Source of the DNA: a virus
Lineage: Duplodnaviria; Caudoviricetes
Direction: 5' to 3' (one strand)
IMG/VR virus record: IMGVR_UViG_2639763012_000002
Coordinates: 29,914-93,913 of that record
Length of the DNA stretch: 64,000 nt
Part shown: positions 45,348 through 56,015 of the stretch, piece after piece
How positions within the stretch are numbered: position 1 is the first letter of the stretch
How the letters are laid out: every line of letters starts with the position of its first letter
Made by a program: the position numbers and the translations under genes
The notes under the pieces: generated by a model
Databases searched by the model: none
Told to the model about the DNA's origin: nothing
The model's input: the letters and a program-made list of their open reading frames with translations, nothing else

Positions 45348-45746
45348 TCACCCCCAACCACCAGCCGCTCGCACCAGCTCAGCGGGGAGCCCGTGCCCTC
45401 CCCGCGGCACCAGGGCCAGCCCGACCTCCGTCAACTCGACCTGTCTCCCTCGCGTCCCCTCACGCCACTCGCGTCCAGCCGGCCCGTGCAGGTACTGCGG
45501 CATCTCGGCCAGGTCGCCCAGGGTGATGAGCCCGCGCTCGACGGCCAGCCGTATCTGGCTGGCCTGGTAGGTGTGGCCCCACTCGTACCGCTCCAGCACG
45601 GGCTGGACCAGACCGTGCTCCCCGCTGGGGTCGCCCTCGGGCGGGGGCACCAGCCACGAGTGCGAGCCGAACTCGGCCAGCGGGTGGGAGAGTTGCAGGT
45701 CGCGCACGAGGCGGCGCACGGGCAGGGCGATGATCTGCTCAGACAT
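45348..45746 (-). CDS. Hypothetical protein
   Basis: GAGG RBS. Confidence 0.55.
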   Translation of the reverse strand: MSEQIIALPVRRLVRDLQLSHPLAEFGSHSWLVPPPEGDPSGEHGLVQPVLERYEWGHTYQASQIRLAVERGLITLGDLAEMPQYLHGPAGREWREGTRGRQVELTEVGLALVPRGGHGLPAELVRAAGGWG

Positions 45747-46060
45747 GAGTGGTCCTCACGTAGTAGCGGGGGCGGTGCGACGGACGGGCCGGAAGCGGCG
45801 GGCGAGGGCGCGTAGCCGGCGGCGCGTGCCGTCACCGCCACCGGAGTTCCACCAGTTCCACGCCGCCCAGGCCGCGCCCGCCGTGTTGATCGCAGCACCG
45901 GCCCGGCTGTCGACGGAGATCGATCCCGCGAGTAGCAGGACGTGTGCCAGGACCATCCACGCGAAGAACGCGCGCGGCCGGATGTGTCCACACCTGAGGG
46001 CGAGGGATGCGCATACAAACACGCCGAGGCTGGCACTGGCAGAAACTTCCCACAACGCCA

Positions 46061-46735
46061 TCAGAACGTCCCGTAGTTGACCTGCCAGGTCGGCAGTCCC
46101 AGGCGCCGCCACAGGGCGACGACGCGGTCGCGGTCGTCCAGCACGAGCCGCACGTTGTAGCGGCCCCTCACCTGGGCGTCGAACAGCTCGGCTTTCAGGA
46201 TGTCGTCGCGGCGGTAGTCGTCGGCCGGCCGCATCCACAACTCGTCGTGCGGCACTCCGTTGCTGTACAGCCATGCCTCGGTCTCGGTCCGCCAGGTGTC
46301 GGGCCGGCCGGAGAGCAGCACGATGCCGGCGCCATAGGTATGCCGCCATGCCACCAGCGTGTCGCGCACCGGGTGGTTGAGGCGGTCGGTGTCGCAGCGG
46401 GCGAACTCGAAGGGGGCGCGGTCGTGGTGAAGGGCGAGGGTGCCGTCGATGTCGCAGAGCACGACCGGCGGCAGGGATGGGTCGGGCGTGTAGGAACGCG
46501 TAGGGAAATGTATGAAGTTGCCCCGGCCATGCTGTTTGTCGACGAGCCCCTGAGTGACGAGCACGGCAAGAGCCTGGCGCAGGGTCGGGACTGAGACCCC
46601 GTAGTGGCTAGCGAGGCGGGCCTCGGACGGCAGGATCTGACCGTGAGCCAGGCTGCCGCCCATGATCTGCTCGCGGACGTCGGCGGCTATGCGCTGGTAG
46701 TGCGGCTGGCGACGTTCGGGGGGCGGTTCGAGCAC
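46061..46735 (-). CDS. GntR wHTH fused to T4 PNKP-type HAD 3'-phosphatase
   Basis: YQRIAADVR...LPSEARLASHYGVSVPTLRQAL...GRGNF followed by DIDGTLA, LSGR, MRP..D.R.D...K, LDDR. Confidence 0.85.
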   Translation of the reverse strand: MLEPPPERRQPHYQRIAADVREQIMGGSLAHGQILPSEARLASHYGVSVPTLRQALAVLVTQGLVDKQHGRGNFIHFPTRSYTPDPSLPPVVLCDIDGTLALHHDRAPFEFARCDTDRLNHPVRDTLVAWRHTYGAGIVLLSGRPDTWRTETEAWLYSNGVPHDELWMRPADDYRRDDILKAELFDAQVRGRYNVRLVLDDRDRVVALWRRLGLPTWQVNYGTF

Positions 46736-46751
46736 AGGGCTTCCTCTTCGT

Positions 46752-47030
46752 CTATCGGCGCGGCCTGCGGCGGCGCACGGTCTTACGGTCGTCTTGGGTG
46801 AGGCCGCCCCAGACGGCGGTGCCGGCCTCGGTGGGGTGGTCCAGTGCCCAGTCGCGGCATGCCTGCCGGACGGGGCAGGTGGCACAGATGGCGCATGCGT
46901 CTCGCTGTTGGGCTGGGGTGCCGCCGTCGTGGATGCGGCTGCCAGTACAGGGCGGGGGCTCCGGCAGCCCGCGGAGGAATGGGGGTACGCCTCGGAGCCA
47001 TTCGGCGGGCCAGGCAGGGTCAGGGCTCAT
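46752..47030 (-). CDS. WhiB-family (Wbl) Fe-S transcription factor
   Basis: C...C..CPVRQAC..WA...AVWGGLT plus basic tail. Confidence 0.85.
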   Translation of the reverse strand: MSPDPAWPAEWLRGVPPFLRGLPEPPPCTGSRIHDGGTPAQQRDACAICATCPVRQACRDWALDHPTEAGTAVWGGLTQDDRKTVRRRRPRR

Positions 47031-47398
47031 GTGCGCCTCCGGCGGCGGTAGTCGGTGAGGGACACCACGCCGGCCGGCAGCCCGGTGGCGCTACGGCGGC
47101 GAGCCTGCGGCGCGGGACGGGGCTGTTCGGCGTGCGTGTCGGCCCGTCCGCCGGGCCGCTGTGGCTGGTTGGCCGCGCACGTCGCGGCGTGCGGGACGCA
47201 CACGCGTTCCCACGGCATCGCCGGCCGCTCCGCAGTGATCCGGCGGGAGCGCAGGCGTCCGGTCGCGTCCCGGTGCACGGCGGTGTTGCCGTACTGAGGG
47301 TCCGGGGTCGGGTCGATGAGCAGCATGCGGCCGGCCTCGGTCGTCGTGACGGCGACCGGGGCCAGGCAGCGGCGGCACAGCGGGTGTCGGGCGGGCAT
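47027..47398 (-). CDS. Hypothetical zinc-binding protein
   Basis: CRRC...IDPTPD..GN...PHAATC. Confidence 0.6.
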   Translation of the reverse strand: MPARHPLCRRCLAPVAVTTTEAGRMLLIDPTPDPQYGNTAVHRDATGRLRSRRITAERPAMPWERVCVPHAATCAANQPQRPGGRADTHAEQPRPAPQARRRSATGLPAGVVSLTDYRRRRRT

Positions 47399-47767
47399 GG
47401 CGTCAGGCGTCGTCCTTGCCGAACGCCGGCAGGCCGGGAGTGGTGGGCCCGACGTCCTCGACCCTGATCTGGCGGGGGCGCCCAGCAGCGTCTACGTCGG
47501 CGGGGTGGCAGGCCGCGTAGACCTGCCCGGGGTGGATGGTGTGCATCAAAAGGGCTCCTGTCAGTCGTCGACAAGGACGATCAGTGCGTGGCCGAGCCAG
47601 GTGACGACGGCGACGATCAGGCCGACGATGGCGGCGAGTTGACTGTCTGAGGTGAGGGCGTAGGTGCCGCCGCCGGAGAGGGCGCCGAGGAGCAGGCCGA
47701 GGAGGAAGAGAGGCATGTGAGGGTCCGTTCGTTCAGGGGTGGTTGAGGCGGCCGCGGACCCACTTGG

Positions 47768-48158
47768 TCACGGTTGCTCTCCCTGCTGGCCGGTGAATGC
47801 GTTGGTGTCGATGAGGTGTTGGATACGGCCGGTGAAGCGCTGGCCGAACTCGGGGCCCATGCGGTGGGCGAGGGCGAGGAGTTCGGTGACGAGCGCGGCG
47901 GCGCCGTCCTCATTCATCAGGTAGAGGTTCCTGGCGCGATCGCTGCTGCGGTTGATGCGCCCTTCGAGGAGCATGGCCAGGGCGGGGGTACCGTCGGCGG
48001 TCTCGACCTGCGAGACGGTGGAGGCATCGAGGAGGACAGCGTTGGTGGTGTCGACGATCACGGCGTTGCGGTCGTGGGGCCCGCCGGGGCCAGCGATGTC
48101 GCCGCCGCTCCGGCGGGGGTCTCCGCTGACGCGGCGGCCGTTGGGCTTACGGGGCATG
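47768..48158 (-). CDS. Hypothetical protein
   Basis: AGGAG RBS before MPRKPNG; coordinates approximate. Confidence 0.5.
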
Positions 48159-48794
48159 GCTCTCCTATGAGTGAGGGCGGGCTGTCTGGGCAGTTGATGG
48201 TGCGGCAGCCCTGGTCGCTGTAGCAGCCGTGGGCGCACCGAGGCCGGTTGTACTCGGGATCGGACTCGCGGTGTGGGGCTCGTCTCGCCGGATGTGTGGC
48301 GCGCTTGTGCCAGCCGTCCGGCTCGTCCTGGGTGTTGGGGTCCCAGGCGGTGTAGGCGGCCTCGACGGCGGCCGGGTCGCGCGGGTAGCACCAGCCGTGG
48401 TCGTAGCTGGTCAGCCCCTCGGAGCCGTGTGGTGTGGCGATGAGGCGGATGTTGTAGCCGTACCAGAGCCACAGGTATCGGTGGCTGGCATCGGCACCGA
48501 GGACATGGCCCTGCCAGTGCTCGTCGTAGGGCAGGCGGGCAGGCGTGCTCATCGTCGCGCTCCGGGCGGGGTGCGGTTTTCGCGGATGGCGTCGCCGAGG
48601 TAGACAAGCGCTGCGGCCATCGCGAGCTGGGCACGGGCCTGGACGATGCCTGTCAGCTCTTTCCGGTTGACAGAAACGCCGTCGAGCTTGTGGATCTCGC
48701 TGCTTGCAGAGTTGAAATGGTTGATCGCGCCTTCTCGTGCGCCGAGGGCATCGCTGTGGCTCATATCTGACTCCGGGGTGGCTCAGGCCGCGTC

Positions 48795-49239
48795 GCGGCG
48801 GTTGGTGTGGGCGAGGCAGGGGGTCATCACAATGGCGAATCGTGGGTGTGACAGGAGCACGGCTCTGGCCAGGAACCGCCGGCGTCCCGGAGGATCGACT
48901 CCAGGTCTGATATGTGCGTCGGGACGTCTTGCTGTGACGCGATGGTGTCCATGTCCTGTGTCCAGTCCACGAGCGCAGCCACCGCGCTGGCCGCATCGGT
49001 CGCGGCCTGCTGCGTGGGGAAACAGGCGAGGGAGTATCCGTTGCTCCGGTGCGCCAGGTACCAGCGGTCGCTCGCCTCATCGCAGAATCCGGGCGGCAGC
49101 TCGTAGACGAGCAGACCGGGGATCGGCTCTGCCGCGTCTACTCCTACGGTGCCGGCGGTGGTGTCGATGTGGTGGTGCGGCATGTGTGCTCCCGGTCGAT
49201 CAGGCCGCGGCGGGGCGGCGGTTGGTGTGGGCGAGGCAG
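48795..49239. repeat. 25-bp direct repeat pair (48795-48819 and 49215-49239)
   Basis: GCGGCGGTTGGTGTGGGCGAGGCAG twice, each preceded by TCAGGCCGCG. Confidence 0.8.
48827..49183 (-). CDS. Hypothetical protein flanked by direct repeats
   Basis: GGGAG RBS. Confidence 0.55.
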   Translation of the reverse strand: MPHHHIDTTAGTVGVDAAEPIPGLLVYELPPGFCDEASDRWYLAHRSNGYSLACFPTQQAATDAASAVAALVDWTQDMDTIASQQDVPTHISDLESILRDAGGSWPEPCSCHTHDSPL

Positions 49240-51761
49240 CGCCAGCACGCGTGGTGCTGGGCGCGGCCGTGGGGGCAGGTGGCCTGGTCGTGCTGGTCGT
49301 CGGCGTGCGCGTCGGCGAGGCTTGCGCGGAGCATGTCCAGGCGGTCGTTGAGGAGTTGGCGGCCGGTGCCCGCCGGGGCAGCGCCGGTGGCCGGTGTGGG
49401 GGTGCTGCGGGTGAGGCGCGTGGTCGCCTCGCGGGTGGCGCGGTCGCGCAGCTCGGTGGCGGCGAGCCGGCCCGCGAGGGCCTGAGCGTGCCGGTCGGCG
49501 CCCTGGGCGCGGGCGGCGTGCTGCGCTTGGTCGATCGAGAGGTAGGCGAGGCTGCGGCCGTGCTCGGCGCGCTCCTCGATGTCGGCCAGATCGTTCAGGT
49601 CGCCGACCGCTGGGGCGATCTCTGCGATGTCGGCCACCAACTCGGTCGTCTCGGCCTCGATCCGGCAGGTGGCACACACACCGTGGGTGAGCGCGTCGGT
49701 GTGCGTGCCGCAGTCGGAGCAGCGGCCGGCAGTGCGCCGGAGGATGGCCGGGGCCGGAAGGACGCCAGGGGCCTGACTGTGGGTTTGACCTGGCTTTTTC
49801 GTGGTGTCACGAACAAGCCCGTCGGGGCGCGAGCTTCGTGTCGAAGTGGCGCCCGCCCTGGGCTGGGGCGGCGGCAGCAGTTCCGGGATCGGCACGCCGG
49901 CCGCCCGGTCGGTCACGCACCCGGGGCAGGCCCCGGAACGCGTCATGGGGGTGGCGTGGTGAGGGCACAGGCCGGCAGCGATTCGCTCGTGCTGGACCCG
50001 GGCCAGCCGGCGGCGTGCCACCTCGGCCGAGCACACCGGGCACTCCACCGGTTCGCCGGGCGCCCATGGCCGGTACAGCAGCCCGCCGTCGCAGTCGGGC
50101 AGGTTGCAGCCCCAGCGGGCGATGCCGACATGCAGCAACCAGGCTGCGGGGTCGTGGGGCCGGCCGCCGTCCAACCTGGCGCGGCGGGCCTCGATGCGGC
50201 GCCGGATGCGGTCGACCATCCCCGGCTCGGCCGGCCCACCAGCAGGCCCGAGTTCGGCGCCGATGGCGCGGGCAGCACGGCGCAACATGTACGGCCGGAT
50301 CTCGGGCAGCAGGTCCCGCACCGGCTCCAGGACAGCCCAGATCCGCGGCGCGAGCGTCAGGCCTGGCCCGGTGTAGCCGGCTGGGGCAGTGCCGGCCGCG
50401 CGGTCGCCGCTGGCCGGAGAGCGCCGCTGACGTTCGCCGGTGGCGGGGCTGCTGCTGGCCGTGCCGATGCCGGCACCGGGATGGCTCGCGCCGGCCCCCG
50501 GCCGCTGCTCCTGGCCGGCGCCGCTGGCGGTGGGCTCGCGGCGGGCCCACCCCGGGACGTGGCCCGGCCGGGCAGCAGCCCGCGCCGGGTCCTCGCTGCT
50601 GCTTCCGTCGCGCCCGCTGTCGCCGCTGCTGATGGTCTGGTTGGTGGTCGAGCTGTGGTTGTCCGTCCGGGCCGCGAAGCGGTCCGAGCCCACGCCCGCG
50701 CGCGCTACGCGTAGTTGCCGCCTACGGCGGGACGTAGAGACGGCAGTGGGCAGGTACTCAACGTCAGTGAGTGGTAGGTCTTCCTCTGTCGCGAGGGATC
50801 CGCCGGAGTGATCATGACCCGATCCGCCTGAGAGGTGAGGACTCGCCCCGCCCATCTCGTCAGCGGCCAGGGGGAGTTCGAGTTGGCCCGGCAGTTCCTC
50901 CGGGGCGCCGAGGGCGAGTTCGAGCTGGCACCCATCGGCCGCCGGCGTGCTGGCGGAACCTTCGCCGTACTCCTGGCCCTCGTCCAGGTCGTGGCCATCC
51001 CCGTGCAGGACAGCGAGCCGGGCCCGGCCGGCGGCCAGCGCCTGGTCCTCGCCTCCGCACGCCGGCCCCTCGGGCGCCTCTCCCCGGCCAGCGTCCGGCA
51101 CCTCGGCAGATGCCCCGGTAGGTGCCTCAGTCTCACCAGCCCCGGGCACAGCGTGCAGGGGATGCCGGTGCGCCACGTACACGTGCCGGCCCTGCCGACC
51201 GGAGCGCTGCTGGACGCCGATCCACCCGGTGGCCTCCAGCTCACGCACCAGCACCCGGGCGCGGCTGGCTCCCACCCCGAGCAGCCGGCCCAGCTCCGCG
51301 AGGGTGACGGGCAGTTGACGGGCCTGAGCGTAGGCGATGCCGGCGTACAGCCGCAGCAGCCGCGGCGGCAGGGCCTCGGCCGCCGCCACCGGCAGCCACA
51401 CCCACCGCTCGCCGTCGGCGACGGGCCGGACGGACCGCTCGGCGGTCTGGCCGCGCCCCCCGCGGTGCGTGCGCCGCCGGGAGTGCACCTCGGTCAGCTC
51501 GTCGGCCCCGGTGGGGCGCATCAGCGCGGTGAGCCCCTTCTCAACCGAGGACACCGGCATCCCGAGCGACGCCGCTATGTAGTGGACGCCGGCCGTGCAC
51601 GACTCGCGCCGCGCGGACAGGGCCGCGACCTTGACGTACACCGGCAACGCCCGGTCGTCGTACGCCTGGTCGGCCACCACGCGCCAGGGGACCTGGACAC
51701 GCTGACCACGCCGGCCGCAGCCGGCAGCCACGCCGCGCGGCGTGGTGTGTGGTGAGCGCAT
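49200..51761 (-). CDS. Large replication initiator-like protein (two N-terminal wHTH, Cys clusters)
   Basis: VYVKVAALS...IAASLGM..SSVEKGL..L and VTLAELGRLLGV......LVRELEATGWI; C-terminal CxxC clusters. Confidence 0.65.
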   Translation of the reverse strand: MRSPHTTPRGVAAGCGRRGQRVQVPWRVVADQAYDDRALPVYVKVAALSARRESCTAGVHYIAASLGMPVSSVEKGLTALMRPTGADELTEVHSRRRTHRGGRGQTAERSVRPVADGERWVWLPVAAAEALPPRLLRLYAGIAYAQARQLPVTLAELGRLLGVGASRARVLVRELEATGWIGVQQRSGRQGRHVYVAHRHPLHAVPGAGETEAPTGASAEVPDAGRGEAPEGPACGGEDQALAAGRARLAVLHGDGHDLDEGQEYGEGSASTPAADGCQLELALGAPEELPGQLELPLAADEMGGASPHLSGGSGHDHSGGSLATEEDLPLTDVEYLPTAVSTSRRRRQLRVARAGVGSDRFAARTDNHSSTTNQTISSGDSGRDGSSSEDPARAAARPGHVPGWARREPTASGAGQEQRPGAGASHPGAGIGTASSSPATGERQRRSPASGDRAAGTAPAGYTGPGLTLAPRIWAVLEPVRDLLPEIRPYMLRRAARAIGAELGPAGGPAEPGMVDRIRRRIEARRARLDGGRPHDPAAWLLHVGIARWGCNLPDCDGGLLYRPWAPGEPVECPVCSAEVARRRLARVQHERIAAGLCPHHATPMTRSGACPGCVTDRAAGVPIPELLPPPQPRAGATSTRSSRPDGLVRDTTKKPGQTHSQAPGVLPAPAILRRTAGRCSDCGTHTDALTHGVCATCRIEAETTELVADIAEIAPAVGDLNDLADIEERAEHGRSLAYLSIDQAQHAARAQGADRHAQALAGRLAATELRDRATREATTRLTRSTPTPATGAAPAGTGRQLLNDRLDMLRASLADAHADDQHDQATCPHGRAQHHACWRCLAHTNRRPAAA

Positions 51762-51801
51762 CGAGGTCCCCTGGCGCGTGGTGGTGTACGGGAGAGGGCG
51801 G

Positions 51802-52041
51802 CTACTGTCCGGCCGCGATGGCGCGCAGTCGCTCCAGTCCGCCGCGCTGTCCGACCAGGGCCAGGGCTGCGGCGTACTCGGGCCACGCATCGCTGAGGCG
51901 GGAGGCGTTGTCGTCGTCGGCCCACGCCCAGGCTTCGAGCAGCTTGGCGGTGAACGATCCGGGCGGGTAGCCGCCGCGGTTCTCGTGGTAGAGGACGTGC
52001 GCGGCGACCTTGGCGGGGATGGTGACGGGCTGCTGGTTCAT
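51802..52041 (-). CDS. Hypothetical protein
   Basis: GYPPGSFTAKLLEAWAWADDDN phage-type small protein. Confidence 0.65.
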   Translation of the reverse strand: MNQQPVTIPAKVAAHVLYHENRGGYPPGSFTAKLLEAWAWADDDNASRLSDAWPEYAAALALVGQRGGLERLRAIAAGQ

Positions 52042-52217
52042 GGCGTGCTCGCTCTCGGGGTTGGGGTAGTTGGTTCAGTCGGCGTTGGTGAGCCAGCGGT
52101 CGTAGGTGTCGCACTCACAGGCGCAGCGGTGGCTGCGCGAGCACGGGCACGGCTCGCAGCAGTAGTGGGTCGGGCAATCCCGGCAGTAGGGCTGTCCGCA
52201 TTCCTCGCAGCGGTCCA

Positions 52218-52439
52218 TCACGCACCTCCGGTCGCTGAGCCGACGGCCCGGCGGCGCACGTCCGCCGCACGCCTGGCCCGCATCCGGGCGAGGATCTGGG
52301 CGCGGGTGGGCTGCTCCCACTGGTGCATCCCGGCCGACGCGACCCACCGGGAGCCGTGGCCGCGCTGCTCGGTGCCGCACCAGCGGCAGCCGAACGGCGT
52401 GGGCGGCTGGCTGTCGGGGTAGCGGGTCACGGGCGTCAC
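52218..52439 (-). CDS. Hypothetical zinc-binding protein
   Basis: PFGCRWCG....HG..W...GMHQW..P..AQILARM. Confidence 0.6.
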   Translation of the reverse strand: MTPVTRYPDSQPPTPFGCRWCGTEQRGHGSRWVASAGMHQWEQPTRAQILARMRARRAADVRRRAVGSATGGA

Positions 52440-53104
52440 GACTCACCTCCGTCGCCTCCGGGCCGTCGGTGCTCCTCGCACCGGATGCCCACACGAGGCA
52501 GCAACCACCGCAGCCGCGCCCAGCCAGCGAACCTGGCCGAGCAGCGGCAGCAGGTGTAGATATGCCACGGGCGAGGCTCCTCGGCGGACACCGCAACCGC
52601 ATGGCAGCCAGGGCAGCGGTGGGGTTTGTCGCTGTTCCACGGCAGCACCGGCCTGGGCGGGCGACCCATCACAGGACACCTCCCGCCACGGTGGTGATGT
52701 ACCGGTAGCCGCTGCTGGTCGGCCGCAGACGGCGCAACTGCACGCGCGTCTGCCGCCTCCGGCCACGCGCGACAGGCTGAGGAGTAACGCCACCCGTCGC
52801 CGGGTCGTAGGCGACGGGGATCATCACGGCGTGCGTGTCGGTGATCTCCTGGATCAGCAGGTAGCGGCCAGGCACACGCCGGTCGGCGTCCTGCCACACC
52901 TGCCCCACCGCAGGCTCCGGAGCGGCAGCGCCCTCCTCCGCCGGGGAAGCCAGCGCCAGAGGGAACCCCCACAGGCTCCGGCCGTCCGGCAGCACGATCT
53001 CCCATGGCCCCCTGAACAGGCCGTACGCCGCCCACCGCGCCGTATCGTCGCCGAACCGCTCCCGGGCCTCGGCCAGCAGCTCGTCCTGCGTCAGCTTGCG
53101 GTAC

Positions 53105-54031
53105 TCAGCCACGGCCGTCACCGCCCTCGGCAGCGCGGTCCCACTCGCCAGCAGCCCGAGCCACCCCCACTTCAGCGATACGCTCCAAATAGTCCAGCCG
53201 CGCCCCCTCAGCCCGCGCGTCCTTCCAGACCAGCCACACGGTCGCGGCATCGGGCACGCGGTACGCCTCGTGCAGATAGTCCCGGCCAGCAGGCGTCAAC
53301 GACCCGGGCGACACATCCGACAGGGCCTCTCGCACGATCGCCGCCGGCGTAGCCCACTGGCTCGCCCCGCCCGCCTCGGCCTTGCCCCAGGCATTGTGGA
53401 GATCCCGCCGAGTCAATTCGTGACGGTCAGCACCTCCCGCCGCCTCCCGCAACCCCTCGGCGCGACAGGCGTCCGTCGCGGGTCCCGCAGCGACCGGCGC
53501 CCCGGTGGCCGTCTCGCGCCGAGCGTCCTCCACAAGCAGGTCGTCGCGCTGCTGGATCGGCTCGGTGATGCGAGCACGCAGCTGCTCCAGCTCCTCGCGG
53601 TCCGCGTTGTGCTCCCGCAGGAGCCGCCCGTACCGCTGCGCCTGCTCGGCCAGAGCAGCGGCGGCATGGGCATGCTCGGTCCGCAGGCGGCGGATCTCGG
53701 TCGTGGAGAGGAGTACCGCGCGCCCCAGGTCAGCCAGGGCTGACGGCTCATCGCCATAGGCGCGCAGCATGGTCTCGGCCATGGCCTCCAGCGCCACCAC
53801 ACCCGGCGGCACATCCAACCCGACCGCCCGCGCCGCTTCCTCCGAGCACACCGGGCCGTCCGTGATGGCCCGCAGCCGCTCGACCTCGGTGGCGAGCGCC
53901 CCGGCGATGTCGGCCAGAGCGCGCTCGGTGCCGTCGTTGTAGGTGGCGGTGGACCACGTGCTGGTGCGCTCTCGGTACTGGCTCAGCCGCACCAACGCCT
54001 GACCAGCAGTCAACGGCTCCGGGGCAATCAC
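53105..54031 (-). CDS. Hypothetical coiled-coil protein
   Basis: Coupled ORF in leftward operon. Confidence 0.55.
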   Translation of the reverse strand: MIAPEPLTAGQALVRLSQYRERTSTWSTATYNDGTERALADIAGALATEVERLRAITDGPVCSEEAARAVGLDVPPGVVALEAMAETMLRAYGDEPSALADLGRAVLLSTTEIRRLRTEHAHAAAALAEQAQRYGRLLREHNADREELEQLRARITEPIQQRDDLLVEDARRETATGAPVAAGPATDACRAEGLREAAGGADRHELTRRDLHNAWGKAEAGGASQWATPAAIVREALSDVSPGSLTPAGRDYLHEAYRVPDAATVWLVWKDARAEGARLDYLERIAEVGVARAAGEWDRAAEGGDGRG

Positions 54032-54161
54032 CGGCCCTCACCGCTCTCGGCATCCCACGCATCGGCGATGTGCCGCAGCACGCGGGCCGCGTCCGGCTTA
54101 CTCACCCCGTTGGCAGCGGCCAGCCGGATCGTGGGCACCTGCCCAGGGATGAGCCGCGGCA

Positions 54162-54704
54162 TCAGGCGTCACCACCCGCGCCGCCGGAGACGGGCGTCAC
54201 CTGCACGGGCCGCCACCCGTAGTAGTCCGGCGTCGTATACGCCTCGACGTGGTGTGAGGGGATGGAGATCCTGTAGTGATCCGTCCCGGCCAACGGGATG
54301 TCCCGCAGGATCCGCCGCCATCCGAACGCCACCCCGAGCCCGTCACCAGGGGAGTCCCACCCAGGCGGCGGGACAGCAACGTGCGAGACGTGGAACTCGC
54401 CCTCCGTCGGGTGCCCGTAGGAACGGCCCGGCATGAAAAATCCGTGCAGGCCACGCAACCACTCGCTCACGCGCCTGACCGCCACCGTGGCCGCAGCGAT
54501 CTCGCGCTGTACCTCGTCCGGGCGCTGATCCAGGGCGAGAGGCATCTCACCGTGGTGGGTCTCCCACTCGTCGTGCACCAGGTACTCGGTCACTCGATCG
54601 CCGTGGGTGCACACCAGCTCGGCATATCGGCCCAGCAGCGCGTCACCCACGGCCGGCAGTTCGGTGGCCAGGGACACACGGGCACGCTCCATCAAAGTTG
54701 TCAC
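54162..54704 (-). CDS. Hypothetical protein
   Basis: Coding-like from VTTLMER. Confidence 0.5.
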   Translation of the reverse strand: MTTLMERARVSLATELPAVGDALLGRYAELVCTHGDRVTEYLVHDEWETHHGEMPLALDQRPDEVQREIAAATVAVRRVSEWLRGLHGFFMPGRSYGHPTEGEFHVSHVAVPPPGWDSPGDGLGVAFGWRRILRDIPLAGTDHYRISIPSHHVEAYTTPDYYGWRPVQVTPVSGGAGGDA

Positions 54705-54851
54705 AGGGGCTCTCTCTCGGGCGGGATGTGGGCGGCCTGGGCGCCGCCCGACGGCAAACCTCGCAGGGCGCGCGGCAGTTGGGGCCTGGCGGCCCGCGCC
54801 GGGGGCAAGACAGGGGAGCGCGAGCCACCAGGGGCTCAAGGGGTGCGGAGG

Positions 54852-55544
54852 TCAGGCGGGGAGGACGCCAGCCGCCCGGGCAGCCTCCAGCCACGCCGGA
54901 TACTCGTGGAGCAGCCCGTCGTACAGCTCGGCGTCGCCCATGGCGTGCGGGTCGGCGGCGTGCACCAGGCTGGCGTTGTCCACCCGCCGGCCCCTCAGAG
55001 AGTCCAGCTTCTCCAGGAACTCGATCCGGTCCCCGAACCCCACGAACGACCAAAACAGCGGCAGCCCAGAGACATCTCGCATCGTGTGGGCCGCGTCCCT
55101 GCGCGAGTTGGGATTGCCGTCCGTCTGTGTGATGACCAGCGCCGGGTCCGCCGAGCCCGAGGCCCGATAGTGCGCCACCACCGCCCGCATCGCCGCCGGC
55201 AGATTCGTCGTCCCCCACGGCTGCCGCACATGCAGGTGCTCAATGACGCCCTCGTACTCCGACAGGCGCACGTCCACGGCCGGCGCCGCCTCCGATCCGA
55301 AGAACACCACCGGCACCACGCCGTCATCGTCCAAGTGGGCGCACAGCGCCAACGCCTGCTCGGCGAGCCGCTGCACCGCGCCACTGCGGTAGTGCGGCTG
55401 CATCGAGCGGGAGTGGTCCAGCACCAGGTACACCGCAGCCGAGGCGTCGCCGAGGCCGCGCTGCTCCAACGCGACCGCAGCCTGCTTCGCCAGCGACACC
55501 AACGCGGGCGCCTCGGTCTCGACCTTGCTCAGGTTGATCGGCAC
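54852..55544 (-). CDS. vWA domain protein (TerF C-terminal-like)
   Basis: MIDAS motif LVLDHSRSM, LDDDG, TDG, FWSFVGFG, RRVDN. Confidence 0.85.
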   Translation of the reverse strand: MPINLSKVETEAPALVSLAKQAAVALEQRGLGDASAAVYLVLDHSRSMQPHYRSGAVQRLAEQALALCAHLDDDGVVPVVFFGSEAAPAVDVRLSEYEGVIEHLHVRQPWGTTNLPAAMRAVVAHYRASGSADPALVITQTDGNPNSRRDAAHTMRDVSGLPLFWSFVGFGDRIEFLEKLDSLRGRRVDNASLVHAADPHAMGDAELYDGLLHEYPAWLEAARAAGVLPA

Positions 55545-55814
55545 GTCAGTAACTCCTCATCGTCATCGGATCGTTGATGTCCGTCGCGCCGGCCGGCGCA
55601 ACGGGATGTCCTACACAGGCAGCCCGGTGCTCGCCTCGCACCTGGGCCACGAACGGCGGCACGGCCTCCTCGCCAGCTGCCGACAGCAACGCACCGCACC
55701 GGCCGCACCAGTAGTCCGCCGCCGGTACCTCCATCCACGTCCCATCCCGTAGCCGGCGCCCGAGGCCGACCCACAGCGAGGCGGCCACCCCGGGCACCGC
55801 CACCTCCGCGTGCG

Positions 55815-56015
55815 TCACCGGCCGGCCTCCCGCAGCTCGGCGATGTACCGAGACACCGTCCGCTGGCACACACCGAGCCGGCCGGCGATCTGCCGCGCAC
55901 TCCACCCCCGTGAACGCAGCCGCGCCGTGGCCTCCACCCGCTCCCTGCGGGACAGGCCATCCGGCGGGCCGCCAGACAGCACCGCGTCCACAGCCATCTT
56001 GTCGATGCCACTCAC
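55815..56015 (-). CDS. Small HTH protein
   Basis: GWSARQIAGRLGVCQRTVSRY. Confidence 0.75.
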   Translation of the reverse strand: MSGIDKMAVDAVLSGGPPDGLSRRERVEATARLRSRGWSARQIAGRLGVCQRTVSRYIAELREAGR

